This document shows positions 28,273 to 40,843 of a DNA stretch of 64,000 nt, piece by piece; position 1 is the first letter of the stretch; each line of letters begins with the position of its first letter. This DNA is from a virus (Duplodnaviria > Caudoviricetes): IMG/VR virus record IMGVR_UViG_3300029288_000076, positions 32,001 through 96,000 of that record; one strand, written 5' to 3'. A model generated the notes under the pieces. It was not told the DNA's origin. It did not search any database and saw only the letters and a list, made by a program, of their open reading frames with translations. Both the position numbers and the translations under genes were made by a program.

Positions 28273-28496
28273 ATAACTTATGTAGAGGAATAAAAATGGT
28301 AGAGCAGCTGTCAGAACTTGAACAATATAAGAAAAAATTAAAGGAATTTTTAGAAAAACAATTAGAAATATGGAAAAGCGTTTATGAAATGGCTGGACCA
28401 ACTACGAAATCTTTTTATGCTGGGAGAGTAACAGAAATAGAACAACTACTTAAAACGGGAATTGATACTTTTAAATCTTTGTAGAGAGGTAAAACT

Positions 28497-29264
28497 ATGC
28501 CTAATTATCCAGTAGCTGAAAGCAAAATCCGTCTCGTTGACGGGAAAACTATTCAAGGTTACAAAGCTACTTTTAATCCTGAAGATGGATTCGCTTATGG
28601 CATCGTTAGAAACAGATACAAAGTAGTGTCTCATCAGGGTGCTATCGATATCGTTTCTGAGGCCATTAAGTTGAATCCTGAATTCGGTGAAGGTGATCTT
28701 AAGACCATTTTCACCGATGATGGTCGCAAGATGAAAGCCACCTTTACCTTCAGCGAAATTGATCATAACATTGGTGATAAAGGTGACATTCTCCATCCTA
28801 CCGTAACACTCTTCAACAGCTACGACGCATCGTGGCCCCTTAGTCTCCTTTTCGGGGCGTTCAGAGTTGTTTGCTCCAACGGGATGATAGTGGGTGAAAA
28901 ATTCATGCAGTTCAAGCGTAAACACACTCTGATGCTCGATCCCAAGTCTGTTATTGATCATCTCTCTGAAGGCATGGAAAAATTTTCTATGCAAACTAAC
29001 CTTTGGCAGGAGTGGGTTGAAAGAACCCTTGCTGCTTCTGAAACAGAAAGAATGCTCAATGAACTTCACTTTGGCAAGAAAGAAACCAAAGCTCTTGAAC
29101 AAGAAATTGAGGTGAGTTCTAACTTAACTCTCGATGCTATGAGGAAGCAAGCTGCTTCAAAGTGGTTGCTCTATGCTCTTGTCACTCAGTTTGTTACTCA
29201 TAAAATCAAAAGCGAAACGCGCAGAGTTGATCTTGAAAAGAGAATTGCTAAAGTTTTTTATTAG
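28497..29264 (+). CDS. DUF932/DUF945 family protein
   Basis: RYKVVSH, NSYDAS, GAFRVVCSNG, KHT. Confidence 0.85.
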   Translation: MPNYPVAESKIRLVDGKTIQGYKATFNPEDGFAYGIVRNRYKVVSHQGAIDIVSEAIKLNPEFGEGDLKTIFTDDGRKMKATFTFSEIDHNIGDKGDILHPTVTLFNSYDASWPLSLLFGAFRVVCSNGMIVGEKFMQFKRKHTLMLDPKSVIDHLSEGMEKFSMQTNLWQEWVERTLAASETERMLNELHFGKKETKALEQEIEVSSNLTLDAMRKQAASKWLLYALVTQFVTHKIKSETRRVDLEKRIAKVFY

Positions 29265-29540
29265 GATGAAAACAGTGGAAAACGCAAGAGAAAAAGCTGA
29301 AGCGAAACTTCAGCACTTGGAAATTCTGAGTAGTGCCTACATGAAGGGATCAGGTGCAGATTATGTCCTCGGAAAACTCGGCGATAAATACGTCATAGGA
29401 TGGGGACTCTATGACGGAATGAATGAGCACGAAGTACGTGCTCATTCGTATCACAAGACGTGGTACGAAAATGAGGAAGATGCCTGCGATGCGTGGCTCG
29501 TTAAGGAAGCTGAGTGCAAAGCATCCGAATCAAATACTTA

Positions 29541-29592
29541 AGTAAGTTCTTAGGATGCATTATTTATATGATGCATCCAATAGAACTTATTT
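29541..29592 (+). terminator. Long hairpin, terminator or processing site
   Basis: AAGTTCT..GGATGCAT/ATGCATCC..AGAACTT followed by ATTT. Confidence 0.55.
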
Positions 29593-29605
29593 ATAGGAGT
29601 AGGAA

Positions 29606-30100
29606 ATGGATTGGTTATCTTCTTTCTTAAGCTTTAGCCCTGCTATTATTTTCTTAATAGCAATTTTGCTTTACATTACTAAATTACCACAAAAGGTCGA
29701 AAATATATACTATTCCATAAAATTTAAAAGAAAAATCAAAGAACTAAATTCAAATTATTTTAATTTGAAAACTAGTCTTTTGCCTAAATGTATAGTTGTA
29801 GATTCTGATCTTGAATTTGCAGATTTCGATTGCCTACTTAATAAAATAAGGATAAATGTAGATAATTTAAAGATCTTTACTGAAATAGAAAACTATAAAC
29901 ATTTTGATATAAATAAAGTATTGATTCATGAAATGATTCACTGGTATCTTTGGCAAATAGGCGATAAAAGTTTACATAATCCTATGTACTTAAGGCTTTA
30001 TAAAGATGCTAAGTATAAAGATGAGAAATTTCATGGTATTGAATTCAAAACTATAGCAAAATTACTAAATTCTGAAACTTATTTAGATGAAATGAAATAG
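29606..30100 (+). CDS. SprT-like metalloprotease with N-terminal TM
   Basis: LIHEMIH...FHG.EF. Confidence 0.65.
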   Translation: MDWLSSFLSFSPAIIFLIAILLYITKLPQKVENIYYSIKFKRKIKELNSNYFNLKTSLLPKCIVVDSDLEFADFDCLLNKIRINVDNLKIFTEIENYKHFDINKVLIHEMIHWYLWQIGDKSLHNPMYLRLYKDAKYKDEKFHGIEFKTIAKLLNSETYLDEMK

Positions 30101-30696
30101 GAGATTAAAAATGCACAAAGAATGTTTACAATGTTGGAACTTTAATATTCATCTTTGTGAAGGGTCAGATGATTCTGATGATCTAATTTGTGGCGGCTTT
30201 ATACCAATACCGGACGATCTTGATATTGAAAAAGAATAACTTAATAAAAGGAGAATGAAAATGTTTTGGAAAAATTATAGCAATACTTTTAGATCAACTC
30301 GTCAAGCTGAAATAGAAGATTTAAAAAAAAGAATTAAAAAATTAGAAGAAGAGGATAAAACACCTAGTGGTTTTGTTATTGCAAATAATAAATTTGTAAA
30401 AGAACAAATTGAGTCGGCAATAAGACGTTATAATTCAGGACAAGGTGATATTATCATTTATAACAACGCTGAACAAGGAAGAGTTATTGTAGCTTCAAAA
30501 ACAGATAATGACTCAATCTATATTGTAATTTATGATACTTGGGAAAAAGAAAGTAAATTTTTAGAGGTATGTATTGATGCTTCTGATAAGTGTCGTGTTG
30601 GTAGGCGACTCAGAGAAACTTTCGGCTTTTAATAACTCTATCGAGATCCAGTTCAAAAGAGCAGATTCAATTAGATTTATTTAATAAGGAATTAAA

Positions 30697-31998
30697 GTGG
30701 AAACAAACTTAAATCAGTTTTTTAATAAGCTTGCAAACAATTCTTCCAGGAATTATAAACTAGAACAATTGAAACTCGAGAAAGATAATGAACTTTTAAA
30801 ACAAGTAATTTTTCTTACTCTCGACCCATTTACTCAATTCTATATCAGAAAGATTCCTGATTATACTCCTTCTACCAGCAGTAGTAGAGGTCTTAGAGCC
30901 GCTTTAAAAGATTTAGATGCTTTATCTAATCGTGATAAAACTGGTAATGAAGGAATAGAACACTTAAGATCAATTCTTTCTTCTCTTTCGCATGACGATA
31001 GTGAAGTTATAAAACGCATTATTGCCAAAGACCTTAAATGTGGAGTTCAATCTGCTACTGTAAACGCTGTATGGGAAGGTATTGTAAAAGAATATCCTGT
31101 TATGTTAGCATCTGGATATAATAAAAAGTTAGTTGATACTATTCAATTTCCAGCAATTGCACAATTAAAAATGGACGGCATGAGATTTAATGCAATTATT
31201 GAGAATAATAAAGTAAGTTTTAAAAGCAGAAATGGGAAAGAACTTGATTTACTTGGCAATCTTGAATCAGATTTTCTTGCCTTAGCCAATGGAAAGAATT
31301 GTATTTTTGATGGAGAATTATCTATTAGAAATAAAGGAGAATTTGAAAATCGCCAAACAGGAAATGGTATCCTTGCTAAAGCAATTAAGGGAACAATGAG
31401 TGAAGCTGAGGCAAAGTTAGTTCACGCTACTATATGGGATTATATTCCTTATAAGAACTTCATCGATGGGCTCTACAATGTATCGTATATTAATAGATTT
31501 ACTGAGTTAAAAAGACTTAAAAATAGAATGTTCACTAATAGAATATCTTTAGTAGAATCTGCTATAGTAAAAAATATTGAATCAGTTAAAGATTTATTTG
31601 AATCATATCTTGCAAAAGGAGAAGAGGGGCTTATATTAAAATCGTTATACGCTCCTTGGGAGAATAAAAGATCAAAGCATCAAATCAAATTCAAAGGTGA
31701 ACTTGAATGCGAGTTGCGGATCGTTGGTATTGAAAACGGCACTGGTAAATATGATGGAATACTTGGAGCCATTGAATGTGAATCTGAAGATAAGATTGTA
31801 AAAGTAAGTGTTGGCTCTGGATTTACAGACGCTCAAAGAAAAGAATATATGAAAGAAAACTTGATTGGCAAAATAGTAACTGTAAAGTATAATACCCGTA
31901 TTGAAAATGTAAAAGGTGAACAGTCATTGTTTTTACCAATCTTTATTGAAATACGAGAAGACAAAAACATTGCTAATACAAACAAAGAAATTAAATAG
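30697..31998 (+). CDS. lig: ATP-dependent DNA ligase (T4-like)
   Basis: KMDGMR, FDGEL, EEGLILK, VSVGSGFTD, LFLPIF..IREDK. Confidence 0.95.
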   Translation: METNLNQFFNKLANNSSRNYKLEQLKLEKDNELLKQVIFLTLDPFTQFYIRKIPDYTPSTSSSRGLRAALKDLDALSNRDKTGNEGIEHLRSILSSLSHDDSEVIKRIIAKDLKCGVQSATVNAVWEGIVKEYPVMLASGYNKKLVDTIQFPAIAQLKMDGMRFNAIIENNKVSFKSRNGKELDLLGNLESDFLALANGKNCIFDGELSIRNKGEFENRQTGNGILAKAIKGTMSEAEAKLVHATIWDYIPYKNFIDGLYNVSYINRFTELKRLKNRMFTNRISLVESAIVKNIESVKDLFESYLAKGEEGLILKSLYAPWENKRSKHQIKFKGELECELRIVGIENGTGKYDGILGAIECESEDKIVKVSVGSGFTDAQRKEYMKENLIGKIVTVKYNTRIENVKGEQSLFLPIFIEIREDKNIANTNKEIK

Positions 31999-32046
31999 GT
32001 TTAATAAGTACTTCTTAAAATATAATATAACAAAAGGAAACTAAAA

Positions 32047-32748
32047 ATGAGAAAAGATAATCTTGGTAATAGAATGAAAGAAAATTATGAAAATCGCTAT
32101 AGGATGAAACTTCAACGCCGTACACCGGTAATTATTCGACTTGACGGTAAAGCTTTTCATACTTTAACAAGAAAATGTATTAAGCCATTTGATGAACATT
32201 TCTCAGAAAGTATGCTAATTACTGCAAAATATCTATGCTCTGAGATTCAAGGATGCAAATGTGCTTATATTCAGTCTGATGAGATTTCATTGCTCTTAAC
32301 TGATTTTGATACATTTGAAACAGAAGCATGGTTTGATTATAATATTCAAAAGATAACTTCTGTTTCTGCAGCAACTGCATCTATAATCTTTTCTAATTCA
32401 TTCTTTGATAAATGGGGTATTGCCGTATTTGATAGCAGAGCATTTAATATTCCAAAAGAAGAAGTTCATAATTACTTCTTATGGAGACAACTTGATTGGG
32501 TTAGAAATTCTATTCAAATGCTTGCTCAAGCTAATTTTTCTCATAAAGAACTCCATGGTAAGAATAGCTCTGATATGCACGAAATGCTTCATACTAAAAA
32601 TATTAATTGGACATATTTACAACCTAAATGGAAAAATGGAGTCTTTATTATTAAAAGACAAATTGAAGGCTGGGCAGTGGTTGATGATATAAATTTGAAA
32701 GAAAAGAAAAATGTCTTTGATAGATTTCTCTATGAGGTACAGGAGTAG
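32047..32748 (+). CDS. thg1: tRNA(His) guanylyltransferase / Thg1-like protein
   Basis: RLDGKAFH, YIQSDEISL, FDSRAF, YFLWRQ.D..RNS. Confidence 0.95.
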   Translation: MRKDNLGNRMKENYENRYRMKLQRRTPVIIRLDGKAFHTLTRKCIKPFDEHFSESMLITAKYLCSEIQGCKCAYIQSDEISLLLTDFDTFETEAWFDYNIQKITSVSAATASIIFSNSFFDKWGIAVFDSRAFNIPKEEVHNYFLWRQLDWVRNSIQMLAQANFSHKELHGKNSSDMHEMLHTKNINWTYLQPKWKNGVFIIKRQIEGWAVVDDINLKEKKNVFDRFLYEVQE

Positions 32749-32955
32749 TAAAATGGAAAACAAAAAGTGTATTATCTGTGGTAATAAAATTCCCTATTTG
32801 AACTACATGAATTATAATAAGATTTCAAAAAGAAATTATTACCATGTTGGTTGTGTATTAGAATATGAAGATAAAAATAAATTTGAAAGACTATTTCTAA
32901 AGCTTGTTTACAAAGTAAAAGTTTTCTTTATTTCTATTAAAAGGGGATTTAAAAA

Positions 32956-33378
32956 ATGAAAAAAATTACAAAAGAAGATCTTATTCCTATTGAAGAACGC
33001 CGAGCGCCTTATCTGCCTGGATGTAGATATGCTAAATTTGGAGGACCAATTCTGAGAGTTGAGAATTCTAAGCACACATGTTCAACTGGAAAAGTATCAA
33101 AAAAGGCTCAAGCATTTGTTTATAACAAAGAAATGTGGCCAGAAGATTATACGAAAGACGGAGCTATCTTTGAAGCCTTTAAAATAAGAGGTCTTAATGA
33201 CGGAGCATTTGTGCTGTCTCCCACAAACACAATGACTCCATCCACCCTTCAAATGTCTCTACAAGGAAAGCAGACATTTCTTCTTTTTAAGCAGTTCTTT
33301 GAGAAGATCCCTCATGGAACAGTCTTCAAGGGTCAATACGATGAAAATGAAGGATGGATTGTATTTGAGAAAATTTAA
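32956..33378 (+). CDS. Hypothetical protein, paralogue of 26432..26890
   Basis: Shared N- and C-terminal motifs. Confidence 0.6.
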   Translation: MKKITKEDLIPIEERRAPYLPGCRYAKFGGPILRVENSKHTCSTGKVSKKAQAFVYNKEMWPEDYTKDGAIFEAFKIRGLNDGAFVLSPTNTMTPSTLQMSLQGKQTFLLFKQFFEKIPHGTVFKGQYDENEGWIVFEKI

Positions 33379-33381
33379 GTA

Positions 33382-33486
33382 GCTTTATAGAAAGCATTTT
33401 GCTTTAGGTTTAACCTAGCAACTATCGGAGTTAGTATTTTAAGAATAATCACCTTGATATAAAGTGAAATGCTTTTTATTAAAGTC
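33382..33486 (+). ncRNA. Candidate structured RNA or processing stem, ~105 nt
   Basis: 33388-33406 pairs with 33460-33478 using G-U pairs. Confidence 0.45.
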
Positions 33487-33520
33487 ATTTGAAGATTAAA
33501 AATTTATAATATTAAAATAG

Positions 33521-33549
33521 TTTATTTCTTCTTTAAAGTTATATATAAT
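33521..33549 (+). promoter_or_regulatory. Early promoter P4
   Basis: TTTATT-17-TATAAT; near-identical to P3. Confidence 0.7.
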
Positions 33550-34274
33550 ATAACTAAAGATAAAGAAATAGGAGAAATAAATGTTCACCCTTTACAAAAG
33601 AACTTTCGTTTTCTATCCTGAAAAAAGAGAAACTTTCAAGGTAGAATCGTCTGAAGATTTTTGGATGCTTGCGGAAAAAATGGAAAAACTCAATAACAAA
33701 TCTGATGAGTTCTTTTACTTTATTATTGAAGAAGATAAAGTAAATGAAGAAACTCTTCCTGCAGAAGTTGTTGAGAAACTCGCCGAAGTCAAAAAAGTAG
33801 AAGAGCGCAATCACAAAAATGGCAAGATCACCGAAGCTTGGCTCAACAACATGATCGGTGAAGTAAAGTACCAGGTCATGAATGTGATCATGAAAAAGAA
33901 GTTTGACATGATCAAGATCAACAACGAAATCTTCGTCGTCAAAACAAATCATAGAGGAATTGAGCGAAACAAGAAAATGAAAATGGAAACACTCATCAGA
34001 GATTACAGACTTTTGAGTGCTTAGGAGAGAAAAATGGTAAGATATGGACAATGGTCTTCATTTAAAGATATGTCAAATGAAGAAGCAGTTGAAGAAATAA
34101 AAGATATTGAAGGTCGTATAAGAGAATATAAAAGATGTGCACAAAACTATTTAAAGTATATAAGCTTTAATAGTCCTATGGTGTCTTTAAATCTTGAACA
34201 AATTCTTAACTCAGATATCAAGCATCTTGTTGATGAAATAAAACGATTAAGAAAATTAAAATAAAGGGGATAAA

Positions 34275-34862
34275 ATGCTTAACATTCCAGCCAACAAAAT
34301 AGGTGATTGGTCTGTAGACCATTACGAAGTCACTAAAGAAGAAGCTTCTTTCTATAATATGAGAGCTGCAATGAATAGAGATATGTGGGGAAGAATTAAA
34401 CCCGGAACATATACTCGACTTATTAGAAAAAATACTGTTGTAATGTCTGATACTCCTTCTGAGCTTTATGCTCTCAATAGACTTAATCATTGTCCTAGAA
34501 AAAAGCTGCTTATAACTGGATTAGGTCTTGGTTGTGCTGTAAGAAATGCATTTGCTGAAAGCTGTAATACTAAGCCTTCTGAAAAAGTTGTAGTAATTGA
34601 AAAATCTCTTGAAGTGATTGAACTTGTAGGAAAACAATTATTAGAAGAATATAAAGATCGGCTCTTTATTATTAACGGTGATGCCTTTGAGATTAGATTT
34701 AAAAAAGATATTATCTTTGATTTTGGTTGGCATGATATCTGGGATACAATATGTGCTGATCATTGGCCCGAGATAAAAAAGCTAAAAGCTAGATTTAGAA
34801 TAAACTGTAAGGCACAAGCTGCTTGGATGGATTGGAAAATGAAAATGGAGTACATAAAATGA
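34275..34862 (+). CDS. Spermidine-synthase-like class I SAM-binding protein
   Basis: LITGLGLG, VVIEKS, INGDAF, FDFGWHDIW. Confidence 0.75.
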   Translation: MLNIPANKIGDWSVDHYEVTKEEASFYNMRAAMNRDMWGRIKPGTYTRLIRKNTVVMSDTPSELYALNRLNHCPRKKLLITGLGLGCAVRNAFAESCNTKPSEKVVVIEKSLEVIELVGKQLLEEYKDRLFIINGDAFEIRFKKDIIFDFGWHDIWDTICADHWPEIKKLKARFRINCKAQAAWMDWKMKMEYIK

Positions 34863-35475
34863 TCAACAAACCTACAATTGGAATGATAGTAAAAGTAAAT
34901 GATGAATGTAATAGCCCTGAAAAGTATAAAGGTTCTATTGGGACTATAGTTGAAGTAAGTGAAAGTGGTTATTTCAAAATAGAATTGAATGATAATTCTA
35001 AGATTACTCAGATTCATGAACCAACATGCGTAGATGAAATTACTTTTGAGTTTATTTCAATTCATAAATTAGGTGCCTGGACTGGGCTGTTAATTAATGA
35101 TATTATAGACTACCAAACATCTCGTAGAGGACATTTTTATGAACTACAAATAACTCGTGAAACAGGTAAAACAGAAACTATCACAATGTATGATAAAGAT
35201 GCATTGCATAATGCTATACAGCAACTTGACACTGCCTTTATAGGACCAACAATTCTTGTAGAACGAAATGAATGGCACCAACCTCCTTCTTTAAAAGGAT
35301 TGCGTGGGAAGATATCAGAACGTTCTGGAGTACTTGTGTTTACTTCTCCAGATAAACTTGAAGTAGGAGACAGAATTAAGATCGATAGTATTTATTACTA
35401 CATATTTAACATGATCCATAATACAAACGGAAGAACAGATTATTATTTAAATGAAAAATATTAAGGAAAATAATA

Positions 35476-38400
35476 ATGACTAATGAAGAAAAAATCTTAA
35501 GAGAAATTGCAGAACTCACTTCTAAATATGTCAATAAATATGGTTATGCAGTTTCAAAAGAAAAGAGCACTGATAAATACGTATATGTTCTTCTAGGTTA
35601 CACTCAAGCACTTGTTGAATTAAGAACTAAACTAGAAGAGAAATATGGAATTGAAATTCCAGCAGAATACTTTCCGGAGTAGAAAATGCCTAAGAAGCTT
35701 ACTCTTGACAAAGAAGCAACAAGAATTTTAAGAGAAGAAATGCTTTACGTAGATCCTAACGAAAAGAGATGTAAAGATTGTAGAGGAAGTATTCACCATA
35801 ATATAGGGTGTGTTACTATCCTTGTTTGCTATTATGCTATTCAGGTAAATAAAAAATTTCAAAGTCATCATACTACTATGACTCCGTTGTTTCAAGTAGA
35901 TCCAAATGGCACTTGTAAAGATTTTGCTAAAAAAGGAAAATATGAAGAATAAGAAATGAAAAAGACATCTAAATACTATTCGCAGTTAGCACAAAAAATA
36001 GGCGGAATAATGATTGCTGCCGGGCTTAAAGGATTTGTTGCTCCTTATGCTATACAAAGAACAAGAGCTGGGCACTGGCAGCGTGCGCTCGGAGCGTGGT
36101 CGTTTGTACTTGTTGATTTCTACGACAGAGAGGTTGTTGGATCGCAATATAGCGCCACGACAATAGTAAAGCATTATCCGTTACCTGGCGCTTACATATC
36201 AATAGAATATGGCAAATATGTTATTGATGTAGAATTAAAAATAACTTAAAAATATTAAAATAAAATTCTAATCTTCAGAGTTTTAAACTATTATTGCAAA
36301 GAAGAAAAACTAATATTTTAAAAGTTATAGAAGAACTAGAAAAATATATAAAGGAGGCCTTCAATCATGATTCAGATAACAGAAGAAGAATACAAATACT
36401 GCTCTGAGATGAAAGAACAATTACCAAAACTTGAAAAAGAACTCATTCTAAAAAAAGAAGCGTTAGAAATTGAAAAGGAAAATATTATTGAAAAGAACGA
36501 AGTAATCTCAAAATTATTTGAAGCCTTAAGATTAGAAACAGAAAAACGAAAAATGTGCTGGGAAACAATAAAAAATGTCAAAAAATCAAACAGTTCTGCA
36601 GAAGTTTCTGAAATTATTTCTAATCATGAAAAGAAATATAAAAAGCAGTTTGGTTTAGAAACTTTTGATAAGGAGTAAAAAATGAAAGTAACTATTATAT
36701 ATATTGTTTTTTCTTTTGGTTGTTTTTTCTGTGGCTACTTCGCGTATTCAGAAAAAATCTTATATTTTAGTCTTGTTCTTATCCCAACCTGTATATCTTC
36801 ATATCTATTAGGAAGATATATAGGAAAACTTGAGAACACAATAAAAGAACAAGCTGAACTTATCAAAAACTTATTTCAAAATAGAGGATAATTAAAATGA
36901 AAGCTTTTAAAGCAAGCGAACATTATGATGAAATGCAGTTGACTGATGAATTATCTTTGTTACAAATGCTAGACGGCTGGTACTTTTTCAATTTTAGAAC
37001 AAAAGAATCTTCTTTCCTGACGTATAAAAATCCTGAAAATGCCCTTGAAGATTTTAGCAATGGCAAAGTAATTTTTAAAAAGGAAGTATAAAATGATTAT
37101 CAAAGATGAAAATAAAATGTTTTGCGGTTCTTATGACGTTGCCCTCATTATGCACGATATAACTAAAAACACTTACCACGCTACTTTTTTCGAAGAGCAT
37201 CCTATGCCAGGTCCCATAGACCCTAATCCTACTTTTATTCGACTCAAAAGCAAAATGCATCACACAATTGGATCACCTACTTTTGAAGGTGCTCTTGTTC
37301 ATCTTGAAGAACTAACTAAACAACTTAATATTAAGGAAAAGAACATTTTCAGAAAAGCTTTTACTTGGGATGGGCGATTAGGTATAACTGTTTTAGCAAA
37401 CGTTTTAGAAGATAGAACCATAGAAATAGCTTGGCCATTTACTTATGAAAAGGTAGAAAAATGACTATAGTAAATCACATAATGGCCAATATTGAAATTT
37501 ACTCAGATATTATAATAGCTGCTGTTGGCTTCTTAATGGGAATAATTATTGGAATGGAAATACAAGAGAAGTTTCCTAATAAGGAGAAATAAAAATGCTT
37601 CCCTCAAACAAAAAAGAAGATTACTTTACTAGAAAGCTTTCTTTTCTTCAGTCTTTTGTAAAGAATAGAATGCCTCCTGATCAAGAAAAGATAAAAGACT
37701 ATATTCTTGAAGAAATAGAAACTTTTTATCGCTCAACGATAAGGTAGAAAAATGAAAACTTTTTATGTTACTATCAAATCAGATTTTAATTATGGTAATA
37801 ATTTTGATGAAAGACCATTTTGTCTATTTCAAGCAACGAATAAAGAAGAAGCTTTAAAGTTACTCAATCACAAATATGTTTGTGAATTCGATGAAAAATT
37901 TGAAGCAGTTGAAATTCCTGTAACATTTAATGACCCTAATTTAAAATTTATTGAGTTGAATTAAAATGAATACAATACTTAAAAAGAAATGGATCTATCT
38001 AAAACTATTCTTACAATGGGAAGAAGCTCAAACAATAGAAGATATAGCTAATAAACACTGTATTCTATGTAAAAGTGTTAGTGATTATTGTTTGGCTTGC
38101 AAACAATTATACGGAAAAGATCTTGGATTCTGTGATAACAATATCTATTCAAGATATTGCAATGTATTTTATGGAAACCATAGTCGGTTTTCAGTTATGC
38201 ATAATCCTCTTTCTGATCGGCAAAAAAACTTTCTTGCATTTAGAAAAGCATTACTGAAAAGATTACTTTATCTTATCTTTATTAGTTGGAAGTAAAATGC
38301 GAAAAGAATATGAAATTAAAATTTATCAGAAGTGTAAGCATTGTAACGGACGAAAAATCGTAAGAGATTATGTCCCTAATAATTCTGTGTTTTCTATGGG

Positions 38401-40843
38401 GTCTAGAGCTTGGGATCATGAATGTGATGCTTGCAATGGAACTGGTAAAGTATTAATAGATTTAAAAGAATTAGATAATATAAGCAAATTTGAAAAGCTT
38501 CTTTGTAATGAAAAATAAAATGAAATTATTTAATAATTTGTTATTTATTATTTGTTTTTTGCTATTTGGCACATGCATTTTCTTTTTAACGTTATTTACG
38601 ATAGTAGAATTTAGAAGTATACCTGCAGTAATTTGGATGTCTATAGCTACAATTTTTGCAATTTACACTATATTTCTGACAGGTTCGTCGATAGACTATT
38701 TTAAAAGGAATAGAAAATGATAGGATACTATATTAGCATTTCTTTAGAATGGCCAATCTTTTATTATATAGTTAAAAAGTCTGGCAAAAATAACTCACTA
38801 CAAAAATATGATCTAGATCCATATCAAAGAAAGATAATAGAAGATGGAGATTGGATGATTGCTATGAGTTTCTATTGTATTAGAATTGCAATAGGAAGAA
38901 AGGTTTAGGATATTATAATATGAAAATATTTAGATTACATGAATTTTTCTGGTCATTTCCATTTTCTATGAATGAAGGAAATCCTGAAATAAGAAAGTGG
39001 GAAATTGATTCATTGAGTAATGAATTTACTAGGTTATATACAGCTAGCAGAGGACCTTATGGTAAATATTATGGTATTGGATTTTATGCTATTTGGTTTC
39101 CAGAAAAAATTATAAACAAAGGCAAACACCATGGATATTAAACTATTGGCTTGTTGTACTATTTTTGTTATTTCTTTTGCTGGATTTCTAGGATTTGCTC
39201 TTGCTTTAATTCTAATAAGAGTAAAATGCGGGAAAAATAGATAGGATGAAAGCTTAATGACTTTAACAATTAAGGAAAAGAAAGTGCTTAAAGATATTAT
39301 TTATGATTTAAATGCTTTAAGCAAGCGAATGTGCCTTCTTAACCCAAATGATTATGAACTTAAAGGCTTAGGCGCTGACGTAGCAGCAATAGGATTACAA
39401 CTAGAAGATAAATTAGAGGAGATATAATATGACTTATAACATCTATAATCTACAAACTTGTAAGTTACTTTATTCTTTTAAGGCTAAAAATAACAGCGAA
39501 GCTATAAAAATAGCAGATGAACAAATAAAACTCTTGTTTGAGGAGAAGTAAAATGAAATATAAAAATGATTATAAGGAAACAATAGAATATCTTACTGCA
39601 ATAAGCGTCTCTTCTTTGTTCACTGGAATAATTTTCTATTCATTAGGCATCTACAACCAAATAGTTATTTTGAAATTTCTGGGTAATTTAATTCTTGGAG
39701 TTCCTATAGGAATAATTATTGGTACTTTTGTAAACAGAAACAAATGGAAGGTGTAAAATGGGAAAGCAACTTATAAATGTTCGTGTTACTGCTAGTCAAC
39801 AGGGTATAGACGCTTATTACAATATACCAGTTGACAAAGGCGTTTACGTTCAGGTTGACAATGCTTATGTTGGCGTAAGAGTCTATGTTCATGAAAATGA
39901 TGAAGGAAAAGTAAAAGTTAGAGTTGAAAGATCTGGCGGCTGGTACGGTGGTGGATATAAAACAATCTTAGAAGAAATTGATGAAGAACCTAATTTGAAG
40001 GAGAAGAAAAATGTTAACACTTAACATTTACAATGTCGATGAAAACACCACGAAACTTTCTTGGAAGGAGGAGTGTAGTTCTTGTAAAGGAACTGGCCTT
40101 TATGTAGGAATGGCAGAACATAATGGAGCTGCTATTCAATGTTATAACTGTAAAGGAAAAGGAGAAAAAGAAATAGTTATTTACATTAAATCTTTTACTG
40201 GAAGAAAGACACATTCTAAACCTATCAAAAGAGTATTTGAGAATAATCCAGGAATCTTCATTGGAGAAAATGAAGATCTAAAACTGGAAGATTTTGGTGG
40301 TCTTAGTTATGATGAATGGAATAATAGACAACATAAGAGTTTGCCTTTCCCTAAAGGCTTAGAAGACAGAAAACATATTTGCCCCTCTTGGTGGTTTATG
40401 TTAGGGGTTGGTCCACACAGCACTTTTTGCAAGTGGGATCACGGAGCTGGTAGAACTTATAGTAGCTGCCCTTATTTTGAAACTAAAGATATGTGTTGGA
40501 AAGCTTATGATGAAGAACAAATTGAAAAGGAGAAGTAAAAATGATTAAGAAACTATTTGAAAAGGTAATTAATTACTTTAAGGAGTTTTCTATGAAGAAA
40601 GAAGTTAAAGAAGTATCACAAAAAGATGTAATCAAATTCATGGCTGATTGGACAAAGAAGTTTGAAAATGTTAAGAAAAGCAAAGATGGCTGGAGCACAC
40701 TATACCCAATCCTTTCTTTCAAGGGAGACGAGATTAGAATCAATCTTTACAACGCTCCGACTATTGATGTAGATATTAATAATATAGAGCAGATTGTTCT
40801 TTGTAGGAACTTCCTGGACGCTGTTATTAAAAAGTTTAGTTAG
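35476..40843 (+). other. Tightly packed small early ORFs, including DnaJ-type CxxCxGxG zinc-finger proteins (38297..38518, 40011..40538)
   Basis: Consecutive ORFs with stop-AAAATG coupling; CKHCNG/CDACNGTG and CSSCKGTG/CYNCKGKG. Confidence 0.6.
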
